DNA of 64,000 nucleotides from Nannocystis bainbridge (GTDB lineage Bacteria > Myxococcota_A > Polyangia > Nannocystales > Nannocystaceae). The notes below the pieces were generated by a model. It made no database searches and was not told where the DNA came from. It saw only the letters and a list, made by a program, of their open reading frames with translations. Location: contig NZ_JAQNDL010000001.1 of assembly GCF_028368995.1 (NCBI RefSeq), positions 3,328,001-3,392,000 on the forward strand, given 5' to 3'. The translations under genes and the position numbers were made by a program. Positions 1-9,730 of the stretch are shown one piece after another. How positions within the stretch are numbered: the stretch's first letter is position 1; the number at the start of each line of letters is the position of its first letter.

Positions 1-2
1 AG

Positions 3-218
3 ACCGAGCGCATCGACGGCTCCTGGTACCGCACCTGGGGCACCCTGCTCGCCGGCGGCAGCGACGACCGCGTCGCTTTCAATCAATGGACCATGCGCAA
101 GGGCGAGCAGGACGAGGGCGAGCTCCCGCCCGACGGCCGCGCCACCCTGTTTTATGTCCTGAGGGACAGCCGACTCGGCGTCGACTGGTGGTGGCTCGAG
201 GTCGAGGTCGAGCCCTGA
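3..218 (+). CDS. 3' end of hypothetical protein (partial, runs off the window)
   Basis: Open frame from base 3 with GC-rich third positions, TERIDGSWYRTWG...LFYVLRDSRLGVDWWWLEVEVEP*; TGA at 216-218. Confidence 0.6.
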   Translation, partial: TERIDGSWYRTWGTLLAGGSDDRVAFNQWTMRKGEQDEGELPPDGRATLFYVLRDSRLGVDWWWLEVEVEP

Positions 219-429
219 GCCGCGACCCCGCGAAAGGCGCCGACCGGGTCCGGGCCCGCGATCGACGGCCACGCGGCCTGGACCTGGCTCACGCGCTCGC
301 GGCGACCCCCTGTCGCGCCCGATAGTTTCAGCCCGCCGTCCCGCCTGCGGCCCGGCTCCGCAGGAGCCTCCTGGCCAGGCCCTGCGCCGACGGCTGCGCG
401 GGGCTCCAGCCCGGCCACCGACCCGGGAG

Positions 430-2394
430 GTGCCGCTTGACCCCGCCGGCCCCGGGCGTTACTTCCCCTCTGGATCCGTGCTGGGCCTCACCGTAACCGT
501 GCTCGCCGCCCTGCTCGACGCCCCCGCGCCGGGCACCCTCGACCCGAACACCGGCATGCCCGTGGATGTTCAGCAGCGGGCCAACCCGCCGCCGGTCGAG
601 GCCCGTCCGGCGCCCGGCGTCAACTTCGGCCAGTCGCCCACCAGCGTCACGCCGCCGGCGACCCGGCCCCCGACCTCCTCCGATCCCAGCGCCCCGCGCA
701 CCCCGTTGATGCGGCCGCGGCCCGAGGCTGCCCCGACGAACATGCCCCCGGGGACAGGTCCTTCGGACCAGGCGACGCAGCCCAGCGCGCCTGCCCCCGA
801 CCCGGCCAGCCTCTACCCGCTGTCGTTCGCGGCCGAGTCGCTGTCGCTCAGCGACGTGCTGAAGAGCGCCCTCGACGGCAACATCGACCTGCGCAACAGC
901 GCGATCGACATCGCCATCACCGAGAAGCAGATCACCGCCGCGCTCGGCGCCTACGACGTGTTCTTCCTCGCCGGCGCGACCGCCAGCAAGGCCGTCACGC
1001 CTCAGCGTGGTTCGCAGCTGACCTTCAACGTCGGCCAGCAGCAGCTGTCCGGCAACTTCGGCTTCGAGCGCAAGCTCGAGTCGGGCGGCACGGTCAACTT
1101 CACCGTCACGACCACCCGCAGCTCGACCCTGCAGCCGCTCAACATCCAGAACGCGGCCGCCGGCGTCCGCTCGCTCAACGCGTACTTCGTCTCGCCGAGC
1201 CTGACGCTGACCCATCCGCTGCTGCGCAACGCCGGCGTGCGGGTCAACCGGGCCGACATCGACCGGGCCCGGATCGCGCGCACGCAGATGGAGGCCAACC
1301 AGCTGCAGATGGCGCAGACGGCCATCCACGACATCATCCTCGCCTACTGGGATGTCCTGTTCGCCTCGCGCGACCTCGAGAACAAGCGCCGCAGCGCCTC
1401 CACCACCTCCGAGCAGCACCGCCGCGTCAAGGCCGAGGTCGCGGCCGGTCGCAAGTCGCAGCTCGACCTCGACACCATCTATCAGTCTCTCGTCGCGCGC
1501 GAGAACGAGGTCGTGCTGGCCGAGAACACCCTGCTCGACCGCAGCCTGACCCTGCGGCAGTTCATGGGCCAGGACTTCTCGGGCCGCAAGGTCCTCGGCG
1601 TGCTGCCGCAGACCGACCCGCAGGCCCTCGCGCCGCGGGAGATCGACCTCGAGGGCGAGATCAAGAAGGCGTTCCAGGCCAACCCGCAGCTGCGCTCGCT
1701 CGAGATCGGCATCGCCAGCCGCCGCGTCGACGAGCTCGTGGCCGCCAACGCTCGCCTGCCGATCCTCGACTTCCGGTTCCAGTTCGCCCCCCAGGGCCGC
1801 AGCATCGACCAGATCGCCAACGTCGACACCGGCATCTCCGCCAAGCGGGCCTCGTGGCCCGAGGCGTTCCAGAACTTCTTCACCGCCACCGACGTCGCCA
1901 AGGTCAACTTCAACACCGGCCCGTTCGCCGACTTCAACATCAGCGGCTCGCTCAACTTCAACTTCGACATCCAGGGCCGCACCCCGAAGGCCAACCACGA
2001 GCGCGTGGTCCTCGAGATCCGCAAGGCCGAGTACAACCTGCAAAAGTCGCAGCAGCAGATCTCGATGTCGGTCATCCGCTCGGTCAACGCCATGCGGACC
2101 GCCAGCGCGCGCCTCACGATCACGAGCGAGGCCGTGCGCCTGGCCGAGTCGAACCTGCGCGCCGAGGAGGCCCGCTTCCGCGTCGGCCGCTCGACCAGCT
2201 ACGACGTGCTGTTCCGCCAGGACGAGCTCGCCCTGGCCCAGTTCAACGCCCTCTCGGCCCAGATCGACTACCTGCGCGCGACCGTCGAGCTGCAGACCCT
2301 CACCGGCCAGCTGCTCCCGTCCTACGGCCTCGAGCTGTCCGGCGCCGCCGCCCCGCGCCAGAGCTCCAGCCCCACCGGCGGCCGCTACCGCTGA
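430..2394 (+). CDS. TolC family outer membrane efflux protein
   Basis: Pro-rich N-terminus, then LSLSDVLKSALDGNIDL, AYWDVLFA, AFQANPQLR and EEARFRVGRSTSYDVL OEP-type motifs; exact start uncertain. Confidence 0.85.
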   Translation: MPLDPAGPGRYFPSGSVLGLTVTVLAALLDAPAPGTLDPNTGMPVDVQQRANPPPVEARPAPGVNFGQSPTSVTPPATRPPTSSDPSAPRTPLMRPRPEAAPTNMPPGTGPSDQATQPSAPAPDPASLYPLSFAAESLSLSDVLKSALDGNIDLRNSAIDIAITEKQITAALGAYDVFFLAGATASKAVTPQRGSQLTFNVGQQQLSGNFGFERKLESGGTVNFTVTTTRSSTLQPLNIQNAAAGVRSLNAYFVSPSLTLTHPLLRNAGVRVNRADIDRARIARTQMEANQLQMAQTAIHDIILAYWDVLFASRDLENKRRSASTTSEQHRRVKAEVAAGRKSQLDLDTIYQSLVARENEVVLAENTLLDRSLTLRQFMGQDFSGRKVLGVLPQTDPQALAPREIDLEGEIKKAFQANPQLRSLEIGIASRRVDELVAANARLPILDFRFQFAPQGRSIDQIANVDTGISAKRASWPEAFQNFFTATDVAKVNFNTGPFADFNISGSLNFNFDIQGRTPKANHERVVLEIRKAEYNLQKSQQQISMSVIRSVNAMRTASARLTITSEAVRLAESNLRAEEARFRVGRSTSYDVLFRQDELALAQFNALSAQIDYLRATVELQTLTGQLLPSYGLELSGAAAPRQSSSPTGGRYR

Positions 2395-2400
2395 GTCTCC

Positions 2401-2690
2401 GCCTGTCCCTTCGAACAGGCGCACTGGCCGCAGAAAAACCTGTCTCTTCGGACAGACCGGAGAACCATCTCCGCCTCGCGCGACCGTCCCTTCGGACAGA
2501 CCGCGCGAGCCGCCACCGCCTCGCGCGGTCGTCCACTCTGTCCCTTCCGACAGGCCCGGCGAGCCGCGACCGCTGGCGGTCATCCCCCTCGACGAGGATG
2601 GCTGCGGCCGCGTCTTTCGAACAGGCGAAGCGAATCGCCCCGCCTCCTCGCACACGGTCGCTACAGTCACATGTCTCTTCGGACAGACGA
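2401..2690. repeat. Intergenic cluster of TGTC-N6-GACA hairpin repeats
   Basis: Exact motif at 2441, 2539 and 2672, plus variants, embedded in partly repeated cgcctcgcgcg...gcgagccgc units. Confidence 0.65.
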
Positions 2691-3008
2691 CACTGCGACC
2701 TCTCTCCCGCGGGTGACGGTCGCCCCGAACCGTCCCGGAGCAGCGACCGCGGGCCTGGGCTCCAGAGCCCTCCCCGGGCGGCTGGCCGGCTGGCGAAGAC
2801 GCGCAGCGCCGGCCCCGCGCTCGCCGCTGTCCGATCTCCCGCGGCCTGGCCTCTCGCTGGACCTGGGCCTGCGAGATCTCCGGCTCGCCGCGCCCGGGCC
2901 GCCCAGGCGCGGCGTCCGCCGGCTCTGGGGCGTGCGCTCGGCTTGTTTCGTCGGCGCCGCTCGTGCTAGGTTGCTGCGTGCTCGCCCACGGGCGCCTGGA
3001 GAGCAGCC

Positions 3009-3260
3009 ATGTCCGCTACTGAAATCGCCGACAACAAGTGGGAGCTCGAAGCTTCCAAGCCCCCGGTCTCCGACGTCGGAGGCATCCTCCAAATCGTCGT
3101 CGTCGGGGCTTTCACCCTGATGTTCGCCTGGATGATGTTGTTCACCTTCCAGGGCATCTTCGGCAGCAAGCGCGAGAGCCTCGCCGATCAGTACGGAAAC
3201 CTGACCGTCGACGGCAAGAAGAAGGAGCCGGCGCCCGCACCGGCGCCCGCCGCCGAGTAG
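3009..3260 (+). CDS. Small single-TM hypothetical protein
   Basis: ggag RBS upstream; hydrophobic segment ILQIVVVGAFTLMFAWMMLF; typical codon usage. Confidence 0.75.
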   Translation: MSATEIADNKWELEASKPPVSDVGGILQIVVVGAFTLMFAWMMLFTFQGIFGSKRESLADQYGNLTVDGKKKEPAPAPAPAAE

Positions 3261-3281
3261 CTTCCGGGCGCCGACCGGCGC

Positions 3282-4016
3282 CTAGCGAATGCCGATGAAC
3301 GCGAGCATCTGCCCGATGCCCGCGCCGTCGCGGCGATAGCTGAAGTACTGCTCCGGGTGCTGGCAGGTGCACCCGCCGACGCGTTCGATGCTGTCCTTCG
3401 GGACACCTGCCGCCACCAGCTGAGCCCGGACTGCCGCCACCAGATCGACGTGTGGCCGCGCTCCGGGCTCTCGGCGTACGTGCTCCGCTGCGAATTGGTC
3501 CGCGACCTCCTCGCCGACCTCGAACGCCTCGACCTCGATGCACGGACCGATCGCCGCGATCAGCTGTGACGGCTCGACCCCATCGTCTTTCAGCGCCGCC
3601 ACCGTCGCCCCGACCACGTTCGCCACCGTCCCGCGCCAGCCGCTGTGGATCGCTGCCACTGCCGTCGCCGCGCGATCGGCCAGCAGCACCGGCACGCAGT
3701 CGGCCGTCATCACCCCGACCACGAGCGGCCCGTCGCCCGCGCGGGCCCACAGCGCGTCGCCCTCCGCGCCGGTCGTCAACGCCGACGCGCGCCACGCCGT
3801 CGCCCCGTGGACCTGCCGCACCAGCCGCAGCTGCTCCGGCGCGAAGTCACCGGCCGCCGCCACCCGGCGCAGGTTCTCGTCGACGTTGCCCGGCTCGTCG
3901 CCCCAGCGACGACCGAGGTTGAGGCTCTCGAAGCGCCCGCGACTGACGCCGCCGTTGCGATCGGTGAAGCCGTGGACGAGGCGTGGGGAGGCGAACAGCG
4001 CGGCGCGGGCGAGCAC
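3282..4016 (-). CDS. pgeF: Peptidoglycan editing factor PgeF (YfiH/laccase-like)
   Basis: HGFTDRNGGVS, SLNLG, QVHG, TADCVPVLL, HSGWRG, AIGPCI and YFSYRR motifs; adjacent to an RluA/RluD synthase. Confidence 0.92.
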   Translation of the reverse strand: MLARAALFASPRLVHGFTDRNGGVSRGRFESLNLGRRWGDEPGNVDENLRRVAAAGDFAPEQLRLVRQVHGATAWRASALTTGAEGDALWARAGDGPLVVGVMTADCVPVLLADRAATAVAAIHSGWRGTVANVVGATVAALKDDGVEPSQLIAAIGPCIEVEAFEVGEEVADQFAAEHVRREPGARPHVDLVAAVRAQLVAAGVPKDSIERVGGCTCQHPEQYFSYRRDGAGIGQMLAFIGIR

Positions 4017-4229
4017 CCAGACCTCTTAGGGTCCCCCGCCGTCGAGCGCAACAATCCGGGCGGTCGCGCGGCTCGATGCATGTGCCTCGCCACTTCGAGC
4101 CCGTTGATTCTCCCTGCTCCCGCCCCGGCGAGCGCGACGCTCGGCGTGGGCTCGGCCCTCGAGCGCTCCTCGAGGTCGCGTCCTGCGAGCCTCACCCTGC
4201 CGCCGACCGGCACCTCTGGCGAACGAGCC

Positions 4230-5069
4230 TCACGGCTCTGCGCCGCCGAGCGCCACGATCAGCGCGCGCAGTTCGGGCGGCAGCCGGCTCTCGAAGTCGA
4301 GCTCATCCCCTGACATCGGGTGCTGGAACCCGAGCACCGCCGCGTGCAGCGCGTGGCGTCCGAGCCCCTCCGCCAGCCCACGGATCGCAGCAGGCCCGCC
4401 GAGCCCGCCGTACAGCACGTCGCCGACGATCGGATGACCGAGCATGCGGCAGTGCATCCGGATCTGGTGCGTCCGTCCCGTCTCGAGCCGGAACTCGAGC
4501 ACCGCCGCGCCGGTCAATCGCTGCAGCGTGCGCACGTGCGTCACGGCGCGTCGGCCGTCGCGCGCCTCCCACGTGAAGCGGCGGCGATCGATCGGATCGC
4601 GCGCGTGGCCCGTGCGCAGCGTCTTCTCGGCGAACGTCGGCGCATCGCGGACCACCCCGAGATAGCGGCGGCGCAGCGAATGCCGGCGGAACTGCGCCGC
4701 CAGCCCCTCTTGCGCCCGCATGTGCTTCGCCACCACCAGCAGCCCGCTCGTATCGCGGTCCAGGCGGTGCACGATCCCCGGCCGGGTCGCGTCGTTGCCG
4801 GGCAGCACCGGCAGCGACTCGGCCCCGATCCCCAGGTGGTGCAGCACCGCGTTGACCAGCGTCCCGTGCGAGTGCCCGGGACCCGCGTGGACCACCATCC
4901 CGGCCGGCTTGTCGATCACCAGCAGGTGTTCGTCCTCGAACACCACCGTGAGCGGCAGCGCCTCGGGCGTCGCGTGCAGCGGCTCGGGCGCTTGCAGCTC
5001 GAGCTCCACCTCGACCTCGGCATCGACCACGCGGGACGCCTTCAGCGCCGCCCCATCGGCCGCGCACAC
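4230..5069 (-). CDS. rluD: RluA/RluD family pseudouridine synthase
   Basis: IDKPAGMVVH, GIVHRLDRDTSG, LETGRTHQIR, GHPIVGD and LHA motifs; the frame extends to about 5195 with S4-like GRRLDQAL...RSQLAR, so the true start is probably upstream and non-ATG. Confidence 0.9.
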   Translation of the reverse strand: MCAADGAALKASRVVDAEVEVELELQAPEPLHATPEALPLTVVFEDEHLLVIDKPAGMVVHAGPGHSHGTLVNAVLHHLGIGAESLPVLPGNDATRPGIVHRLDRDTSGLLVVAKHMRAQEGLAAQFRRHSLRRRYLGVVRDAPTFAEKTLRTGHARDPIDRRRFTWEARDGRRAVTHVRTLQRLTGAAVLEFRLETGRTHQIRMHCRMLGHPIVGDVLYGGLGGPAAIRGLAEGLGRHALHAAVLGFQHPMSGDELDFESRLPPELRALIVALGGAEP

Positions 5070-5204
5070 CTTCCCCGCCGCGAACGCGCGGGCCAGCTGG
5101 GAGCGCGTACAAGGGCTCCCTTGGCGGGCGAGTTCGGCGACGAGGGCCTGGTCGAGGCGACGCCCGATGGCGTCGTTTCCGAGGTGGAGTCGCAGGCCCG
5201 GAGC

Positions 5205-5474
5205 CTACCAGATGTGGGTCTTGAGGCTCGCCATCGGCTTGATCACGCGGTCGACGATGGCGCGGTCGTAGTAGTTCTTGCGGAACAGCTCGGGCGTCAC
5301 GCGGCCGCGGAACAGGTCACGACCTTCCATGATCTCCTCGCCGAGGGCATCGAAGAAGTTGTCGTTGATCAGCGCCTCCTCGATCTTCTGCTTGTTGTAG
5401 AGCTGGATGTCCGAGGCGATCGCGCGGGCGAGCTGTTGCGCGCGGGCGTCGTTGTCGATGGGCGTGGCTGCCAT
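5205..5474 (-). CDS. Small hypothetical protein (89 aa)
   Basis: MAATPIDNDARAQQLARAIASDIQLYN...KTHIW; strong codon bias; co-oriented with rluD. Confidence 0.8.
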   Translation of the reverse strand: MAATPIDNDARAQQLARAIASDIQLYNKQKIEEALINDNFFDALGEEIMEGRDLFRGRVTPELFRKNYYDRAIVDRVIKPMASLKTHIW

Positions 5475-5702
5475 CCCGCGAGGATGCCACAGCGCCGCGG
5501 CCCCCGCCAAGTCGCCGCAATTTCGCCGGACGGCCTCGTAAAAGCGCCCTTTGTCCGTGATACGCGGCGGATCTCCCCTGCGCGGGCCGGCCGCCCTGGC
5601 CAGCGCCGCGGGCGGACCGCCGTCATCGGCGGGCGACCCGACGCGCTCGCCCGCTCGGCCCGCCAGGGCCACCAAAATGCCACCAAGTTTGTGGCCCTGC
5701 CG

Positions 5703-5881
5703 CGGCGCATCCTCCGCTGGCGCAGGTGAGCCGTCAACTCATCGTGGACCTACCCGCGGTCACACACGGCGCATCTCCACTGGAGCGGGGAGCCGCGCAT
5801 GGACTCGCTGTCGGGTCGGGCTACATGGGCGCTTCCCGTCGGCAGGGGGAAACTTGCAGCGCCGGCGCATCCCTGCTGGCG
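5703..5881 (-). CRISPR. Degenerate type I-E-like CRISPR array, left segment (3 repeats plus 1 truncated)
   Basis: Repeats at 5703-5732, 5767-5794, 5827-5853 and 5863-5881 match the + strand consensus SGGCGCATCCCCGCTGGCGCGGGGGAGCC; unique spacers of 34 and 32 nt. Confidence 0.7.
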
Positions 5882-6018
5882 ACCTCCCGACGCTGACGGC
5901 TCGGGCGGCACTGTACACAGCGAGGGCTTACGATAGCCCTGCGCGGTGAAGCTCGCTACGGCTGCTCGTCGACGCCCGGGCCGGCGCGCGCGATCATCAT
6001 GGTACGTTCAGCGTTGGC

Positions 6019-7269
6019 ATGGCGCGGGTCCACCTTTGGCGCAGGATATCCCGGGCCGGCGTCGACTCCGGCTTGGACGAACATCTGCGGCGAAAGGTCG
6101 AGCTGACGAACAAGCTCGGCTTCACTGCGGGCGTCCTGGTGTTCACGGGAAATTCGCTGTTCTGGGGGGTCCTCGGCGCCGACGTTCGCATGGTCCTCGT
6201 CTTGTTCGCAGCGGCCCTCGCCTATGCCTCGATCCCCTTGATCAACCGCGCGCGTCGGTACGACCTCTCGCGCGGCGTGCTGACCGTTCTTCCGCCGATC
6301 TTCATCGTCGCGGCGGCTGGCATCATCAGCGACACTCCGCTCCTCAGCTTCAAGTTCGCGCTGCTGTCGGTTATCGCCGGGCCGCTCCTCGTGTTCGGCA
6401 TCGAAGAGCCGCGGAAAATGATCGCCGGCATCGTGTGGGTCGCCGTCTGTCTCGTCGGGATGGACACGATGATGCCGATCATCCCGAAGCTTTCGGGATT
6501 AGACGCAAACCCGCTCGAGGGCTCGCTCTCCGTCACGATCAACGCGGCGGTGAGTTGCCTGATTTTTGTCTCCTCGTTCGTCTATTTTCAGCGCCTCAAC
6601 CTCGCCGCAGAGAGGAAGCTGGAGGCCGAGAAGGTCAAGTCGGAGCGCTTGCTCCTCAACGTCTTGCCGCGAGAGATCGCCGATACGCTCAAAGAGTCCG
6701 AGCGAACCATCGCGGAACACCTCGAGAGCGCCAGCATTCTGTTCGCGGACCTCGTCGGGTTCACACCACTAGCGGCGAAGCTCTCGCCCGGCGCCGTCGT
6801 CGACCTCTTGAACGAGCTGTTCTCCGAGTTCGATCGGATGGCCGAGCGGCTCGGCGTGGAAAAGATCAAGACCATCGGCGACTGCTACATGGCGGCCGCC
6901 GGGGTCCCCAGGCCCACCGATGACCATGCCCACGCACTGACGCGGCTAGCGCTGGCTATGCAGGCGTTCATGACGGAGTACCGGTTCGAGGGACGGCGCC
7001 TGGCGCTGCGCATAGGGATCAACTCCGGGCCGGTGACTGCTGGCGTGATCGGCCGCAAGAAGTTCGTCTACGACCTGTGGGGCCACACGGTGAATGTCGC
7101 TAGCCGAATGGAATCGCAGGGGAGCGGCGGAGTCGTTCAGATCACCGACTCGACTCATGCGCTGATCGAGGACGATTTCGCGTGCGTGTCCGGCGGTGTC
7201 GTCAATGTCAAGGGCACTGGCGAAATGCACGTGTGGCACGTCCTCGGAGCCCGCGACGGCCGAGCTTGA
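6019..7269 (+). CDS. Membrane class III adenylate/guanylate cyclase (complete catalytic set)
   Basis: About 6 TM helices, then FADLVGFT, KIKTIGDCYM, RIGINSGPV, YDLWGHTVNVASRME and VKGTG. Confidence 0.93.
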   Translation: MARVHLWRRISRAGVDSGLDEHLRRKVELTNKLGFTAGVLVFTGNSLFWGVLGADVRMVLVLFAAALAYASIPLINRARRYDLSRGVLTVLPPIFIVAAAGIISDTPLLSFKFALLSVIAGPLLVFGIEEPRKMIAGIVWVAVCLVGMDTMMPIIPKLSGLDANPLEGSLSVTINAAVSCLIFVSSFVYFQRLNLAAERKLEAEKVKSERLLLNVLPREIADTLKESERTIAEHLESASILFADLVGFTPLAAKLSPGAVVDLLNELFSEFDRMAERLGVEKIKTIGDCYMAAAGVPRPTDDHAHALTRLALAMQAFMTEYRFEGRRLALRIGINSGPVTAGVIGRKKFVYDLWGHTVNVASRMESQGSGGVVQITDSTHALIEDDFACVSGGVVNVKGTGEMHVWHVLGARDGRA

Positions 7270-7279
7270 CGGGCTGCGG

Positions 7280-7766
7280 CGGCGCATCCCCGCTGGCACG
7301 GGGGAGCCATCGTCCAAGACCCCCTCATCTTCCAGGCCAAGGGCGCATCCCCGCTGGCGCGCGGGGCCGGCGGCAACCTCGTCGCGGCGAACCTCCGGGC
7401 GGGCGCATCCCCGCTGGCGCGGGAGAGCCCTGACTGCGCTGCCGTCCGGCGCGTGGCAGAGGGGCGCATCCCCGCTGGCGCGGCGGCGCATCCTCGCTGG
7501 CGCGGGGAAGCCCGCACCAACGGAGAGCTGGGAGAGGGTGCCCTTCTGGCGCGGGGGAGCTGGGATCTCCACCCCGCGGCTCTTGAGCTCGTACGGCGCA
7601 TCCCCGCTGGCCCGGGGGAGCCCGCTCGGGGTGCCTGCGGATGTCGTCGAAGGAGGGCGCATCCCCATTGGGTCGTCAAGGACCAGGAGGGCGCATCCCC
7701 ACTGGCCCGGGGGAGCCAAGGTCCCGATGGCCAGCCAGGGCCTCGTGCACGGCGCATCACCACGCC
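7280..7766 (-). CRISPR. Degenerate type I-E-like CRISPR array, right segment (about 10 full or partial repeats)
   Basis: Repeats at 7280, 7341, 7401, 7462 (partial), 7484, ~7543 (partial), 7594, 7655 (partial), 7689 and 7750 (partial); unique 32-nt spacers at 7309-7340, 7369-7400, 7430-7461, 7623-7654 and 7718-7749; minus-strand repeat GGCTCCCCCGCGCCAGCGGGGATGCGCCS resembles the E. coli I-E repeat. Confidence 0.88.
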
Positions 7767-8211
7767 TGCCGACGGCGCCGGCGAGGGCGACACGCCCAAG
7801 ACGGCAATGTTGCGCCGCATCGCCACGTGTACGCGTCTATCAGCGCGACGTGATCCGCGGCCGCCCGCGAGCGGCGATAACCGGGAAATACGAGCGGGAC
7901 GACGACTTGGTTCCCGAGCCGGCGGAAGTGATGGCGCTGTGTCTTGCTGGCGGGCTCGCCGGCAACGGGGTAGCGCTGCGCCACACCGGCGTGCGCAGGC
8001 CGTAAAGGATGATCTCTGGCGAGCTGTCTTTTGGGACACCAAGTACGCTTGGGGGGCGCCAAGCGTGTTTGGCGGTCAAAACACACGGTTTAAGGCGCTA
8101 CGGCTCATGATCCGCGAGGCATCGTCGCGTCACTCTCAGGACGAGCGCGTGTCGTGATGAACGACTCGCTCACTCTCACTCTCTGAGTCTTCACCCTGTA
8201 AGGAGGATACA

Positions 8212-8811
8212 ATGTCTCTCATCGCTACCATGTTCGCACTCGCCACGACGACCACCCCGACGACGCCCAGCGCGTACGATCTTCTCGCCCGTCTGGAGGC
8301 GATGCCCGTGGTGCTCGAGGAAGTCGCGGCCGTCGTCGACCTGAACGACGGCGTGGACCTCGAGGTCAACTTCAATCTGAGCAGCGTCGGTGCGGTCACC
8401 ATCGCCGCGCATGAAGACGACGATGGCTCCGGTCACGGGCTCGTGCTCGTAGGCGCCGCCGTCGTCGCGGAGTTCGAGCTCGCAGGCGACACGGTCGTCT
8501 GGGAGACAGTCGACCTCGCTGGCTTCCGCCCGGAGCAGGTGGAAGCGGTCGCGGCGAGCATCCTGCAGGTCTGGCGCGAGGATGAGGTCGCGGAAGCGCT
8601 CGCCGCCGCGCCCACCGAGCCGACCGAAGACCGGAGCCTCAAGTGCACGGCTGCCGCCGGGATCGCCGGCGCCACGGCAGGCATCTTGATCGGCGCGACC
8701 TGCGGCATCTTCATCAAGAATCCGGTGACGTGCGGCAAGGCCGGGGGGAGCGCCTACGGGGCCGTTTCGCACTATATTTCGAACAAGTGCAACGGCGCGC
8801 AGAACGGGTGA
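8212..8811 (+). CDS. Secreted hypothetical protein with C-terminal Gly/Ala/Cys bacteriocin-like domain
   Basis: aaggagg RBS; signal-like N-terminus; acidic middle; C-terminal C-x18-C-x9-C-x18-C with GxxxG motifs. Confidence 0.75.
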   Translation: MSLIATMFALATTTTPTTPSAYDLLARLEAMPVVLEEVAAVVDLNDGVDLEVNFNLSSVGAVTIAAHEDDDGSGHGLVLVGAAVVAEFELAGDTVVWETVDLAGFRPEQVEAVAASILQVWREDEVAEALAAAPTEPTEDRSLKCTAAAGIAGATAGILIGATCGIFIKNPVTCGKAGGSAYGAVSHYISNKCNGAQNG

Positions 8812-8828
8812 GCAAGGAGGAGGGGGCT

Positions 8829-9554
8829 TTGGACTCGCAGCGAATTACGCCGTACAGACCCCTGCCGCCGCAGCGGTGGGGTTTCCTGGCGACGAACCAG
8901 TTCTGGTCTCGCGCGTGGCTGACGCCCATCTCCATCGTCTTCTGGGCCGGCGCCGCGGTCTTCTTCAGCCTCTTCGACCTCTTCGCCCTCGTGTGGTGGC
9001 AGCAGGCGCTGGGATTCCTGGCGTTCTACGGGGTCTGGGGCGGGCTGGTGGAGCGGTACTCCAGGAAATACCTGGCTCGCCAGCGGGTGCGGGCGCTCGC
9101 CGGCCCCCGAACCGATCCACCAGAAGGTCCCGCGGATGCAGCCGCCGAGACTACATCGAGGGCCCTCCCGGAGCCTCCTGACGCGTCGTCACGCGCCCTC
9201 GTGCCATCACGCGAGCCACGGCCAGAGCCGTCGCTCGTGGCGACGGCCGAAACCTGGGACGACGGGTACGAGAGGCTGTTCGGGCGCGGCGCAGCCGTCG
9301 CCCAGCTCGTGTCCAATGTCGCTTTCGGGCTGGCGATCTTCTACCCGAGCTGGCCGGTCAAGCTCCTGGCATTCCTGGCTCTGCTCGTTACTTCGCTTGG
9401 CCTCGGGTTGTGGCAACGCCGGAGGGCGATGCCGGCCGGTGGGGAAGTACCCCCCGAGGCACTGGAAACCGGCGCGGGGGCGCCGAACGCAGAGTTGGGC
9501 GGCGCCGGTTCCAACACGGCAGGGCGCTCGCCCGGGGCGCTGCCGCATGAGTGA
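8829..9554 (+). CDS. Multi-TM hypothetical membrane protein (candidate immunity protein)
   Basis: AAGGAGG at 8814-8820 before TTG 8829 (alternative GTG at 8808 overlaps the upstream stop); about 4 hydrophobic segments. Confidence 0.65.
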   Translation: MDSQRITPYRPLPPQRWGFLATNQFWSRAWLTPISIVFWAGAAVFFSLFDLFALVWWQQALGFLAFYGVWGGLVERYSRKYLARQRVRALAGPRTDPPEGPADAAAETTSRALPEPPDASSRALVPSREPRPEPSLVATAETWDDGYERLFGRGAAVAQLVSNVAFGLAIFYPSWPVKLLAFLALLVTSLGLGLWQRRRAMPAGGEVPPEALETGAGAPNAELGGAGSNTAGRSPGALPHE

Positions 9555-9730
9555 GCTCGGCCTGTCGGAACCGATCTAACTCGACCTTGCGCATAGCGGC
9601 GTCGCCGCCGTGGGTCTTGGCGACGGTCTCGCCCCCCGGCTGTCGATCACCACAAATTCGTCAGTCCTTAGGCCGTCCCGCCGCAACCGCGCTGGTCGCT
9701 CGTGAGCGCTCAATTCCCCAGATGCAACCC

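Noticed and set aside
328-2670. Long antisense ORFs (also 15080-16495, 27155-29041, 39880-42414, 53143-55434 and others)
   Set aside because: Shadow frames of real genes, expected from high-GC codon bias.
5565-5592. Additional very degenerate CRISPR repeat
   Set aside because: Weak match and out of phase with the ~61-bp period.
6019-7269. Cyclase as a type III CRISPR, CBASS or Pycsar signalling component
   Set aside because: It is an ordinary TM class III cyclase with ATP-type K/D residues; no cas10 or recognisable effector is adjacent and the repeat is I-E-like.
6946-8157. ORFs of 234-295 aa over the array
   Set aside because: They translate the repeats (GASPLAR, RRIPAG) and have no protein-like features.
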